NCBI GenBank assembly: GCA_965227295.1 | Contig: OZ245742.1 | Coordinates: 576,001-640,000 of the forward strand | From: Leptonemataceae bacterium | GTDB lineage: Bacteria; Spirochaetota; Leptospiria; Leptospirales; Leptonemataceae | Reading direction: 5' to 3' | Length of the DNA: 64,000 nucleotides | Part shown: in pieces, positions 56,115 through 64,000 of the stretch | How positions within the stretch are numbered: the stretch's first letter is position 1 | Layout: the number at the start of each line of letters is the position of its first letter | Notes under the pieces: generated by a model | The model's database searches: none | Seen by the model: only the letters and a program-made list of their open reading frames with translations | What the model was told of the DNA's origin: nothing | Position numbers and translations under genes: made by a program

Positions 56115-56510
56115 TTACTTGCTCACGGCGAGCCTGCGTAACGTGTCAGCAATCGCCTCTTTTTCGAGACGGCCGGAGGCGACTTCTATCATCATGTCGT
56201 AGAGTTCTCCGACCGGTTCGTTTATCGCGATACCATTCAAAATCAGAAAAAAGAGGCCGCTTGCCAGGGCCGTCCGCTTGTTGCCATCGATAAAGGGATG
56301 ATTTTGACAGATATGATAGATATATACAGACGCGACTTCAAACAGATCCGTGTAGAAAGACCGCCCTCCAAAACTCGCTTCCGCTGCCTCAACCGCTGAC
56401 TCCAACAAGTGACGGTCTCGAACTCCTTCCCCCCCGCCATGAAGCGCCAGTTGGTTTGCATGAATTTCGTAAACGTCCGGGACAGTGAGGTAGCGGAACT
56501 CCCCGGTCAT
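56115..56510 (-). CDS. doc: Doc (death-on-curing) family toxin
   Basis: Start trimmed to MTGEF; GVRDRHLLESA, HPFIDGNKRTA Doc-type Fic motif. Confidence 0.92.
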   Translation of the reverse strand: MTGEFRYLTVPDVYEIHANQLALHGGGEGVRDRHLLESAVEAAEASFGGRSFYTDLFEVASVYIYHICQNHPFIDGNKRTALASGLFFLILNGIAINEPVGELYDMMIEVASGRLEKEAIADTLRRLAVSK

Positions 56511-57157
56511 TGAGCGAGCTTCTTCAATGTTTCGCCATGTCTTGCGTTGACCTGTTCCATGGTTCCGGCCCATACGGGGCTCAAAGCTCGAAGGAAATCA
56601 TCCTTGTTTTGCAATCTCAGGTAGCAGGCGCCGGCACTCGAAACTGCCGAATCCACGAGTTCCACGACTGACGGTAATTGGTTCGACTCATCGGGCAGCA
56701 TGATCTTCCATGCGCTTACCCGTTCTTGAAGAAACTCTCGAACGATAGATCCCCGCAGCTCTTCAAGTTTTGCGGCAAGATCTTGCTGAATGACTTCGAG
56801 CCAGGGCTCATACTCGGGCGATATGTCAGCGGTCGTAACCAACCGATCGATTCGTACGTTTTGTCCGGGCCGTGCAGACGTAAATGTGAGCAGGAATTCG
56901 GGAAGCTCCCTCAACTCGATTCCCTCAGAGAAACCATCGATACTCAGAGAAACTTGATCGTTGTACTCGTATACGTAATGTCTGCCCGCCATCTCCGTAA
57001 GCCCCATCCGATACGAATCGTCTCTGCCAAGCAAATCGGCACGATCCACTCGAAACTGGTTCAGCGGAAAACCCGGCGATTCGGCACGGATCGCCGCAAG
57101 ATCTCTGCGCAATTCTCTCAGAATCTCAAACGAGTTTGTCGAACGGACCTTGCCCAT
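56507..57157 (-). CDS. Hypothetical protein, putative atypical antitoxin of Doc
   Basis: ATGA overlap with doc; C-terminus MEQVNARHGETLKKLAQ; low GC. Confidence 0.65.
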   Translation of the reverse strand: MGKVRSTNSFEILRELRRDLAAIRAESPGFPLNQFRVDRADLLGRDDSYRMGLTEMAGRHYVYEYNDQVSLSIDGFSEGIELRELPEFLLTFTSARPGQNVRIDRLVTTADISPEYEPWLEVIQQDLAAKLEELRGSIVREFLQERVSAWKIMLPDESNQLPSVVELVDSAVSSAGACYLRLQNKDDFLRALSPVWAGTMEQVNARHGETLKKLAQ

Positions 57158-57227
57158 ACCTTATCGATACCCTGAAAATTCGAATCCGCAACTAAAAATT
57201 ACAAGACTGAATCGCTCAATTCACGCC

Positions 57228-58328
57228 TCACCGCACCACACCCGCCTCCCGATCCACAAACTCCGCGACGTCCACCACCAGCTCTTTCGCAACGTAACGA
57301 ATCTGCCGGCCGGCCGAGGACTTCGTGATTTTTATGCGCCGGTCGCTCTGCCATACGAGCAGGTTCAGATTCCGTACGTTTTCGGTGCGCGTCACCGTCT
57401 TTGCATCCGAGTAGAGCACCGAGCCCGAAGACGCGTCCACCATGCGCAGGTCCATGGCCACGTCGATGTCGAGGTCCATGTTGTCCCATTCCACGCCGTA
57501 GTCCCAGAACTCCGAGTTGAGCGGCACCACGAATAAGAGGCGGAGCATGGCACCCCAGACGAATTCGCGCAGTTCGCGATCCTGAATAAAGAACGAGGCC
57601 GCAAGCACGATCACCCACAGCGGGACCTTCCAGAAATCGCGCTCCTGGCGAATCTCGAAGTCCGTGAGCGAACCGTAGAAAATGTAGCGGATGTTCAATT
57701 CTTCCGCGGCCGCGCGCACGGCCGCGGCCTCGTCCAGTCCGCGTTCCTGTGCAGCGCGCACCTTGTTCTTAAAGATAAAGTCCGGCACGACCTCGAAGCG
57801 CCCCGATTGAAAGAGCGTCGTCTCCGTTACCTCACGGGCGAGCGTGCCCGTATCCACCTGTTCGACTTCCGGTAGCGGCTTTTCGGTTTCGTCTAACGGT
57901 TTCGGCGGAGCGGGGACGTCTTCGGACGATTCTTTGTCCGGCGCCGGCGGAACGGCTTCTTCGCTTTCGCTATCCGGCACGGTGTCCGGAGAAAACACGT
58001 CCGGTGAAGTGTCCCTGTTGCGTTGTTGCTCCGGTGTCACTCCGTATTGGGGCGCGTCGGTGTGCGGATCGTTACGCTGGTTGATCGTATACTCGTTGTA
58101 GTGGCCGTCGGGGATAACATCAAACTGGCGAATGTCAGCAGCGTTGCGGAATTCGAGCAGGGTCACGCGAATGCGTTCAAAGTTCTCCGGCGCCGGCGGA
58201 AGCTCCGGACCGGCCGCTTCGATTTCGGTGTACTCCGTCGGCAGCAACGAGGCGCAGCGCGTGCCGAGGGCGGCGATATAAACCGCGACGGTGAGCGCGG
58301 CGATGCGACGGATACGTACTGAGAGCAC
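57228..58328 (-). CDS. CsgG/HfaB-like lipoprotein with acidic Pro-rich insert
   Basis: Signal ending in Cys; LLEFRN, LFQSGRFEVV, YGSLTDFEI, DLRMVDASSGSVL. Confidence 0.7.
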   Translation of the reverse strand: MLSVRIRRIAALTVAVYIAALGTRCASLLPTEYTEIEAAGPELPPAPENFERIRVTLLEFRNAADIRQFDVIPDGHYNEYTINQRNDPHTDAPQYGVTPEQQRNRDTSPDVFSPDTVPDSESEEAVPPAPDKESSEDVPAPPKPLDETEKPLPEVEQVDTGTLAREVTETTLFQSGRFEVVPDFIFKNKVRAAQERGLDEAAAVRAAAEELNIRYIFYGSLTDFEIRQERDFWKVPLWVIVLAASFFIQDRELREFVWGAMLRLLFVVPLNSEFWDYGVEWDNMDLDIDVAMDLRMVDASSGSVLYSDAKTVTRTENVRNLNLLVWQSDRRIKITKSSAGRQIRYVAKELVVDVAEFVDREAGVVR

Positions 58329-58347
58329 GACGGCCTCCCTCCGCCGC

Positions 58348-59061
58348 TCACTGCGGCGGCAGGCTATCGATGAGTTTCACGACCATGTCGCGCATCGCGT
58401 AGCGCAGCAGGGTGCCGCCGCTGGACTTGAGGATTTTCGTATCGTAGCCGCCGCCGGAAAACAGAATGCCCGCGGATTTGGACGTATCCGTGCGGCGGTT
58501 CTCCACGACGTCGGCGACGACGATGTTCCCGTCGGGGGCGGTGACCATGCGAAAGTCGATGCCGGTATCGACGACGTAGGACTCGGTGCGCTGCGAGCCG
58601 AGCAGACCGAAGAACACGCAGAATCCCGACGACTCTTTGCGAATCTCAAAGTTCGTGAGCGTGCCGGTCAGAAAGAACTCGGCGCCGAAGCGTTCGTTCA
58701 GTTCGGCCAGGGACTCCGGCGAAAGCTGGCTCTGGTTCTTGACGACGCTCTCCACGAAGGACGGCTCGATGATTTCGAAGTATCCGCTGCGGAGCATGAG
58801 CGTGGTGAGCTGGGCCGTGGCCGGGTCCACCAGGAAATCCCGGCCGGTCTGGTTCCGAAAGTTTACCAGAGCCACCTTGACACGCTTCGTGCCGGCCGGG
58901 GCCCGGGGCACGTCCACCGCGGATTCGGTGGTCTCGTACTGCGTCGGCTGGGGTGACAGACAGGCCGTCCCGCCGAAGAGGCTCAGGGCGCAGACGGCGG
59001 TGAGCAAGATGCGCGTGCGGCTCGTGTGAATTGTGTATTGGAAGAAAGTGCGTTGGTTCAT
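58348..59061 (-). CDS. CsgG/HfaB-like lipoprotein
   Basis: GGTAC lipobox; VALVNFRNQT, LRSGYFEIIE, GTLTNFE, IDFRMVTAPDGNIV. Confidence 0.75.
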   Translation of the reverse strand: MNQRTFFQYTIHTSRTRILLTAVCALSLFGGTACLSPQPTQYETTESAVDVPRAPAGTKRVKVALVNFRNQTGRDFLVDPATAQLTTLMLRSGYFEIIEPSFVESVVKNQSQLSPESLAELNERFGAEFFLTGTLTNFEIRKESSGFCVFFGLLGSQRTESYVVDTGIDFRMVTAPDGNIVVADVVENRRTDTSKSAGILFSGGGYDTKILKSSGGTLLRYAMRDMVVKLIDSLPPQ

Positions 59062-60230
59062 GGTGTGATCGTCCGGCTGATAGTACAAAACACATACGAT
59101 TTCGGCGAGGGTATGGCAAGCCGAATCCGTCGTACCGCCTTTGGACGGATCGAGATTCGTCCGGGTTCACCGCGGGCGTGGGGTCCCGCGGAATTCTGAC
59201 GATACTAGGAGCAGTGCGCAGGAGTTCCTACATCTTTTCCGCGGCCGTGTGCCTGGCCCTGATTCCCATCCCCGGGCGGGCTCAGGGAATTCCAGCCGGG
59301 CAGTATGCCGCGCAGGAGTTCCTACAACCCCTGGAGATCCTGCCGTCCGACCGCATCCCCGCCGCGACGTTCGGCCGAACCGATCGCGATTTCATTGTGT
59401 GCCTGGGACCGAACTTCCAGCCCCTTCCGGAGCCACCGCCCGCCGCTGCCCCCGATTCGGCGCGCATCAACAACACGATTCTGGCGACACTGCGCACCGT
59501 CGGCCGGGATGATCTCCAGCCGTTACGTAAGGCCCTCGTCGATTACCGCCAGGCCCTCGCCGGCGATCCACGTTTCCTGGCCTATCTCTACAACGCCGGC
59601 CGCATCAGCCTGATCCTGGGCGACCTGGAGGAGGCCCGCCTCTACTTCGAACGCGCCCGGGCCGAGCTGCCGGAGTTCGCCGGTGTCTACGAAAACCTGG
59701 GCGCCGTGCACGAGGCCCTGATCCGTCGCGGTCATCCCGGCGAACATCTCGGCTACGAACGTTCGCGTCATGCGCGTTTTGCCCTGGCCGCCTACCGCGA
59801 AATGCAAAAGCGCGATCCCTTCGATCTACGCCCGATGATCCTGCTCGGCAACTTTTACCTGCGCGCCGGCGAACTCCATCGCGCGCGCGAGTACTTTGAC
59901 GGTGTGATCGAACGCCTCCCGGAATCGGCGGACGCGCACCTGGGTCTCGCGCGCATCGACGTCGCGAACGGAAAGTACAACGCGGCGCGGCGCCGGCTCG
60001 CGAAGATCGAGCCGCACTACCCGGGCGGAATTGTGGAGAAGGACGGCTACGATCGGCGGCTCTACTTCGAACGCGCGCGAGTCTACGAGCGGCTGAACGA
60101 CTACGCGGCTGCCGTGCGAGAGTATGATCGGCTGCTGGCCCCGGAGCAGCAGGAAGATCGGGTATGGCTGGAATTATCCCGGGCGGGGGTACAGAAGATG
60201 CGCGAGGCTACAGCGAATCGTTTGCAATAA
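59031..60230 (+). CDS. TPR-repeat protein (true start probably near 59200)
   Basis: Repeated YNAGR..A..YFERA, LLGNFY, AHLGLARI, YFERARVY helices. Confidence 0.8.
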   Translation: MCIGRKCVGSWCDRPADSTKHIRFRRGYGKPNPSYRLWTDRDSSGFTAGVGSRGILTILGAVRRSSYIFSAAVCLALIPIPGRAQGIPAGQYAAQEFLQPLEILPSDRIPAATFGRTDRDFIVCLGPNFQPLPEPPPAAAPDSARINNTILATLRTVGRDDLQPLRKALVDYRQALAGDPRFLAYLYNAGRISLILGDLEEARLYFERARAELPEFAGVYENLGAVHEALIRRGHPGEHLGYERSRHARFALAAYREMQKRDPFDLRPMILLGNFYLRAGELHRAREYFDGVIERLPESADAHLGLARIDVANGKYNAARRRLAKIEPHYPGGIVEKDGYDRRLYFERARVYERLNDYAAAVREYDRLLAPEQQEDRVWLELSRAGVQKMREATANRLQ

Positions 60231-60272
60231 ACCGGTGTGCGTCGCGCGCGATTCTCTTCATATTGAAAGCGC

Positions 60273-61856
60273 ATGTCCGATCGCCCCCGCACCGGCCGGC
60301 CGCCGTTCGATCCCGACGACCCGCGGATCCAACGCGGAACCTATCGCAACATCAACAGCGCGCGCGTCTTCGTACGGCGCGAGGGGCGGCCGAATCCCGA
60401 CGGTCGTTATGTTCTCTACTGGATGCAGATCCACCGGCGCCTGCATCACAACCATGCGCTGGAGTACGCGGTAGGCTGGGCCAATGCCCTGAACAAACCG
60501 CTCTTGATTTTTGAGGCGCTGCGCTGCGATTATCCCTGGGCCAGCGATCGTTGCCATGCGTTCATCTTGCAGGGCATGGCCGAACACGCGTACGTCGCGA
60601 AAGAACGCGCCCTGAACTACTTTCCGTACTTAGAAGCACGTCCGGGTGACGGCCAGGGCCTGCTCGAAGTTCTCGCGCAGGATGCGGCCCTCGTCGTCTC
60701 CGACGAGTTCCCGGCGTACATCATTCCCGGCCACAATCGCGGGGCGGAAAAAATTCTGAACGTTCCGTTCGTGACCATCGATGCGAACGGCCTCATCCCG
60801 TTGGGCCTGAGCGAAAAGGCGCCCTACTCCGCGTATCTCTTTCGTAAGATCTTACAGACAAAGTTCATCGAGGCCTACGAACACGCGCCGCGCGAACATC
60901 CCCTGGACGAACTCAAGAACACAAACGCCGTGCAACCACCGGCCGGCGTGCGCAAACGCTGGCCCGGTGCGCAGGCACATCTTGCAAACGAAAGCGCCAT
61001 CGCGGAGTTCGTAGCGGGCCTGAACAGCCTGGATCATAACATTCCCGCGCTGAAACTTAAGGGCGGGCGCGCGGCCGGCGTGCAACGTCTCCGGGACTTC
61101 GTGCGGCACCGGCTGGATCGTTACGGGGCGGATCGCAACGATCCGGATGTCGGCGGGAGCAGCGGGCTCAGCCCGTATCTGCACTTCGGTCAAGTCTCGG
61201 CCTTTGAGATCGTACACGCGGTCCTGCGGCATCAGCCGGAGGGCTGGGACTATCGCGGGCTGAAGAACAACAAGGGTTCGAAAGGTTTCTTCTCGGCGCG
61301 CATCGGCGGCGTGAGCGGCTCGCCGGACGTGGACGACTTCCTCGATGAAGCACTCACCTGGCGGGAGACCGGTTATCATTTTTGCCATCATGAGCCGGAG
61401 TACGATCGCTTTGATTCGCTGCCGGACTGGGTGCGGACCACCCTGAACGCCCACGCCGACGATCCGCGGGAGTACGTCTACGATCTCGAAGACTTCGCGA
61501 ACGCACGCACGCACAACGAGGTCTGGAACGCGGCCCAGCGCCAGCTCGCGACCGAAGGAATCATTCACAATTACCTGCGCATGGTGTGGGGTAAAAAGAT
61601 CGTGGAGTGGACGGCGCATCCCCGGGAGGCGCTGGAGATTATGATCGAACTGAACAACCGCTACGCCATCGACGGGCGCAATCCGAACAGCTACTCCGGC
61701 ATCTTCTGGGTTCTCGGCCGCTTCGATCGCCCCTGGCAGGAACGCGAAATCTTCGGCACGATTCGATACATGAGTACGGCGAGTGCGCGCAAGAAGGTCC
61801 GCATGGACGAGTGCCTGAAGCGCTACGGCGATGCGCCCGGCCTGGCTTTTCGTTGA
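60273..61856 (+). CDS. phr: Class II CPD DNA photolyase
   Basis: VLYWMQ..NHALEYA, SGLSPYLHFGQVS, IHNYLRMVWGKKI, DGRNPNSY. Confidence 0.92.
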   Translation: MSDRPRTGRPPFDPDDPRIQRGTYRNINSARVFVRREGRPNPDGRYVLYWMQIHRRLHHNHALEYAVGWANALNKPLLIFEALRCDYPWASDRCHAFILQGMAEHAYVAKERALNYFPYLEARPGDGQGLLEVLAQDAALVVSDEFPAYIIPGHNRGAEKILNVPFVTIDANGLIPLGLSEKAPYSAYLFRKILQTKFIEAYEHAPREHPLDELKNTNAVQPPAGVRKRWPGAQAHLANESAIAEFVAGLNSLDHNIPALKLKGGRAAGVQRLRDFVRHRLDRYGADRNDPDVGGSSGLSPYLHFGQVSAFEIVHAVLRHQPEGWDYRGLKNNKGSKGFFSARIGGVSGSPDVDDFLDEALTWRETGYHFCHHEPEYDRFDSLPDWVRTTLNAHADDPREYVYDLEDFANARTHNEVWNAAQRQLATEGIIHNYLRMVWGKKIVEWTAHPREALEIMIELNNRYAIDGRNPNSYSGIFWVLGRFDRPWQEREIFGTIRYMSTASARKKVRMDECLKRYGDAPGLAFR

Positions 61857-61888
61857 CACAGGTTGGGCCGACCGGTTTCTAGCAAGCC

Positions 61889-62119
61889 ATGGCCGAGAAT
61901 AGCGCGAAGCAACCGGAAAACGTCCCGGGGAAATGGTACGTCGATACCACCTGTGTCCCCTGTCACGCCTGCGTGGATGAAGCGCCCATGCTCCTGAAGT
62001 ACAGCGACAGCGAAGACTACGTCTACTTCGCACGCCAGCCGGAGAACGCCGACGAAGAGAAGGCCGCGCAGTTCGCCATGCAGGCCTGCCCCACCGAAGC
62101 GATCGGCGACGATGGCTGA
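61889..62119 (+). CDS. Single-cluster ferredoxin
   Basis: [19 protein letters not shown] ... ACPTEAIG. Confidence 0.9.
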   Translation: MAENSAKQPENVPGKWYVDTTCVPCHACVDEAPMLLKYSDSEDYVYFARQPENADEEKAAQFAMQACPTEAIGDDG

Positions 62120-63089
62120 ATCTGCCCCGCAGTCTGCCCGGGCGACGACGGCTGCAGCTCCCATCATTCGGATTGAGGACCTGAGCAAGACGTACGCGTC
62201 CGGCCAACCCGCGCTCCGGAACGTGAACCTGGAAATTCAGGCGGGGGAAATCTTCGCTCTGCTCGGACCGAACGGCGCCGGCAAGACCACGCTCATTAGC
62301 ATTGTCTGCGGCATTGTGACACCGGGGAGCGGCACGGTCCTGGTGGGCGGCCACGATATCGTCGCCGACTATCGCGCGTCGCGCTCGTTGATCGGTCTGG
62401 TTCCCCAGGAGCTGTCCACCGATGCCTTTGAATCGGTGTGGGCCACCGTGAACTTCAGCCGCGGCCTCTTCGGTAAAAAGAAAGACCACGCCTTTGTGGA
62501 GAAGATCCTGCGCGATCTTTCGCTGTGGGACAAACGCGATGCGAAGATCATGATGCTCTCCGGCGGCATGAAACGCCGCGTGATGATCGCCAAGGCCCTG
62601 GCCCACGAACCCGAGGTACTGTTCCTCGACGAACCCACGGCCGGCGTCGACGTCGAGCTGCGGCGGGATATGTGGGAGATGGTACGCGGCCTGCGCAAAC
62701 GGGGCGTCACGATCATTCTGACCACGCACTACATTGAAGAAGCCGAGGAGATGGCCGATCGCATCGGCGTCATTCGTAACGGCGAGCTGATCCTCGTCGA
62801 AAACAAAGCCGCGCTAATGCAAAAGCTCGGCCGCAAACAGTTAACGATTCATCTTCAGCAGCAGCTGGACGCACTGCCGGACGGATCGGACTTTGACGGT
62901 CAGCCGCTGGAACTTTCCGAGGACGGCCACTCGCTCATTTACACCTTCGATACCCGGGCGGAGCGCACCGGCATCGCCACGCTGCTGCGCAAGCTCAGCG
63001 AACGCGGCATCGACTTCAAAGATCTGAACACGTCGGAGAGTTCTCTCGAAGACATCTTCGTAAGCCTGGTGCGGGAGGAGCAGCGATGA
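62112..63089 (+). CDS. ABC-2 exporter ATPase (YadG-like)
   Basis: [38 protein letters not shown]. Confidence 0.93.
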   Translation: MAESAPQSARATTAAAPIIRIEDLSKTYASGQPALRNVNLEIQAGEIFALLGPNGAGKTTLISIVCGIVTPGSGTVLVGGHDIVADYRASRSLIGLVPQELSTDAFESVWATVNFSRGLFGKKKDHAFVEKILRDLSLWDKRDAKIMMLSGGMKRRVMIAKALAHEPEVLFLDEPTAGVDVELRRDMWEMVRGLRKRGVTIILTTHYIEEAEEMADRIGVIRNGELILVENKAALMQKLGRKQLTIHLQQQLDALPDGSDFDGQPLELSEDGHSLIYTFDTRAERTGIATLLRKLSERGIDFKDLNTSESSLEDIFVSLVREEQR

Positions 63090-63847
63090 ATCTCTACGCC
63101 ATCTACGCGATCTATCGTTTCGAAATGGCGCGCTTCGGTCGCACGCTCATGCAGAGCATCTTCTCGCCGGTGATGTCGACGTCGCTCTACTTCGTGGTCT
63201 TCGGGGCGGCCATCGGTTCGCGCATGGTGGAGATCGACGGCGTGAGTTACGGGGCGTTCATCGTACCCGGTCTCGTAATGCTGTCCCTGTTGAACGAAAG
63301 CATTTCCAACGCATCCTTCGGCATCTACATGCCAAAATTTACCGGCACGATTTACGAACTGCTCTCGGCCCCGGTGTCCTTCGTGGAAGTGCTGATCGGC
63401 TACGTCGGCGCGGCCGCGACCAAGTCCATGATCCTCGGCCTGTTGATGCTGCTCACCGCACGACTGTTCGTGGCCTACGAGATCGCGCATCCGCTGTGGA
63501 TGATTGTCTTCCTGGTGCTGACTGCGGTTACGTTCAGTCTGTTCGGTTTTATCATCGGCGTGTGGGCCGACGGCTTCGAGAAGTTGCAGATTGTCCCGCT
63601 CATGATTGTGACACCACTCACGTTTCTCGGCGGCAGCTTTTATTCGATCAAAATGCTGCCGCCGTTGTGGCAGAAGATCTCGCTGTTCAACCCGGTGGTG
63701 TATTTAATCAGCGGTTTTCGTTGGTCGTTCTACGGCGTGGCCGATGTCGACGTCACCTTCAGCCTGGCGATGATCCTGGTTTTTCTTTCGATCTGTCTGG
63801 CCTTCGTCTGGTTCGTCTTCAAGACCGGCTATCGCCTGAAGAATTAG
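63086..63847 (+). CDS. ABC-2 exporter permease (YadH-like)
   Basis: [35 protein letters not shown]. Confidence 0.93.
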   Translation: MNLYAIYAIYRFEMARFGRTLMQSIFSPVMSTSLYFVVFGAAIGSRMVEIDGVSYGAFIVPGLVMLSLLNESISNASFGIYMPKFTGTIYELLSAPVSFVEVLIGYVGAAATKSMILGLLMLLTARLFVAYEIAHPLWMIVFLVLTAVTFSLFGFIIGVWADGFEKLQIVPLMIVTPLTFLGGSFYSIKMLPPLWQKISLFNPVVYLISGFRWSFYGVADVDVTFSLAMILVFLSICLAFVWFVFKTGYRLKN

Positions 63848-63903
63848 CGCGCTCTAACCGCGCGCTCTCACCGAGAACCCGGGCGTTGCCACGCAGTTGC
63901 CGC

Positions 63904-64000
63904 TCAGTCCTCGCCGGTCGGCTTCTCGTCCACGTCACTCTCATCGTCATCGTCATCGACCGGTTTCTTGTTCGGGTCCTTCACGCCTTCTCGCGTGTTG
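63904..64000 (-). CDS. 3' end of an unidentified gene with acidic tail (runs off window)
   Basis: Open frame NTREGVKDPNKKPVDDDDDESDVDEKPTGED-stop. Confidence 0.55.
   Translation of the reverse strand, partial: NTREGVKDPNKKPVDDDDDESDVDEKPTGED

Noticed and set aside
60852-62729. 625-aa minus-strand ORF
   Set aside because: Antisense to photolyase, ferredoxin and ABC ATPase, which have clear motifs

Overview
High-GC (roughly 60-65% by eye) bacterial chromosome segment, most likely from a free-living Leptospirales spirochaete. This is inferred from the RpoB rifampicin-pocket Asn at the E. coli Ser531 position, the MBOAT + DUF1574-like pair, a 7TM-DISM sensor, a membrane-anchored AraC regulator and several lipoproteins. 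Bases 1-15.2 kb hold the core minus-strand cluster tRNA-Thr, tRNA-Trp, secE, nusG, rplK, rplA, rplJ, rplL, rpoB, rpoC, rpsL, rpsG, fusA and tuf (partial). The remainder mixes housekeeping and accessory genes: an Mla/Mce operon with two MlaD paralogues running into MBOAT/SGNH genes, a carboxyltransferase, arsC, a CrtD-like desaturase, a sugar-nucleotide reductase, a DinG-type nuclease-helicase, an osmoprotectant ABC transporter, an OPT transporter, two CsgG-like lipoproteins, a class II photolyase and an ABC-2 exporter. Four things stand out. (1) An orphan 4.8-kb DUF6519-type (eCIS-associated) tail-fibre gene carries three collar/His-x-His tip modules and is split by an out-of-frame junction between duplicated modules. 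(2) A low-GC Doc toxin gene has a coupled 216-aa partner with only an antitoxin-like C-terminal helix. (3) A low-GC cassette contains an unannotated 56-aa acidic ORF coupled to a membrane protein. (4) Two dispersed intergenic repeat families are present, one showing clear compensatory base-pair covariation. All family assignments come from motif recognition, not database searches.
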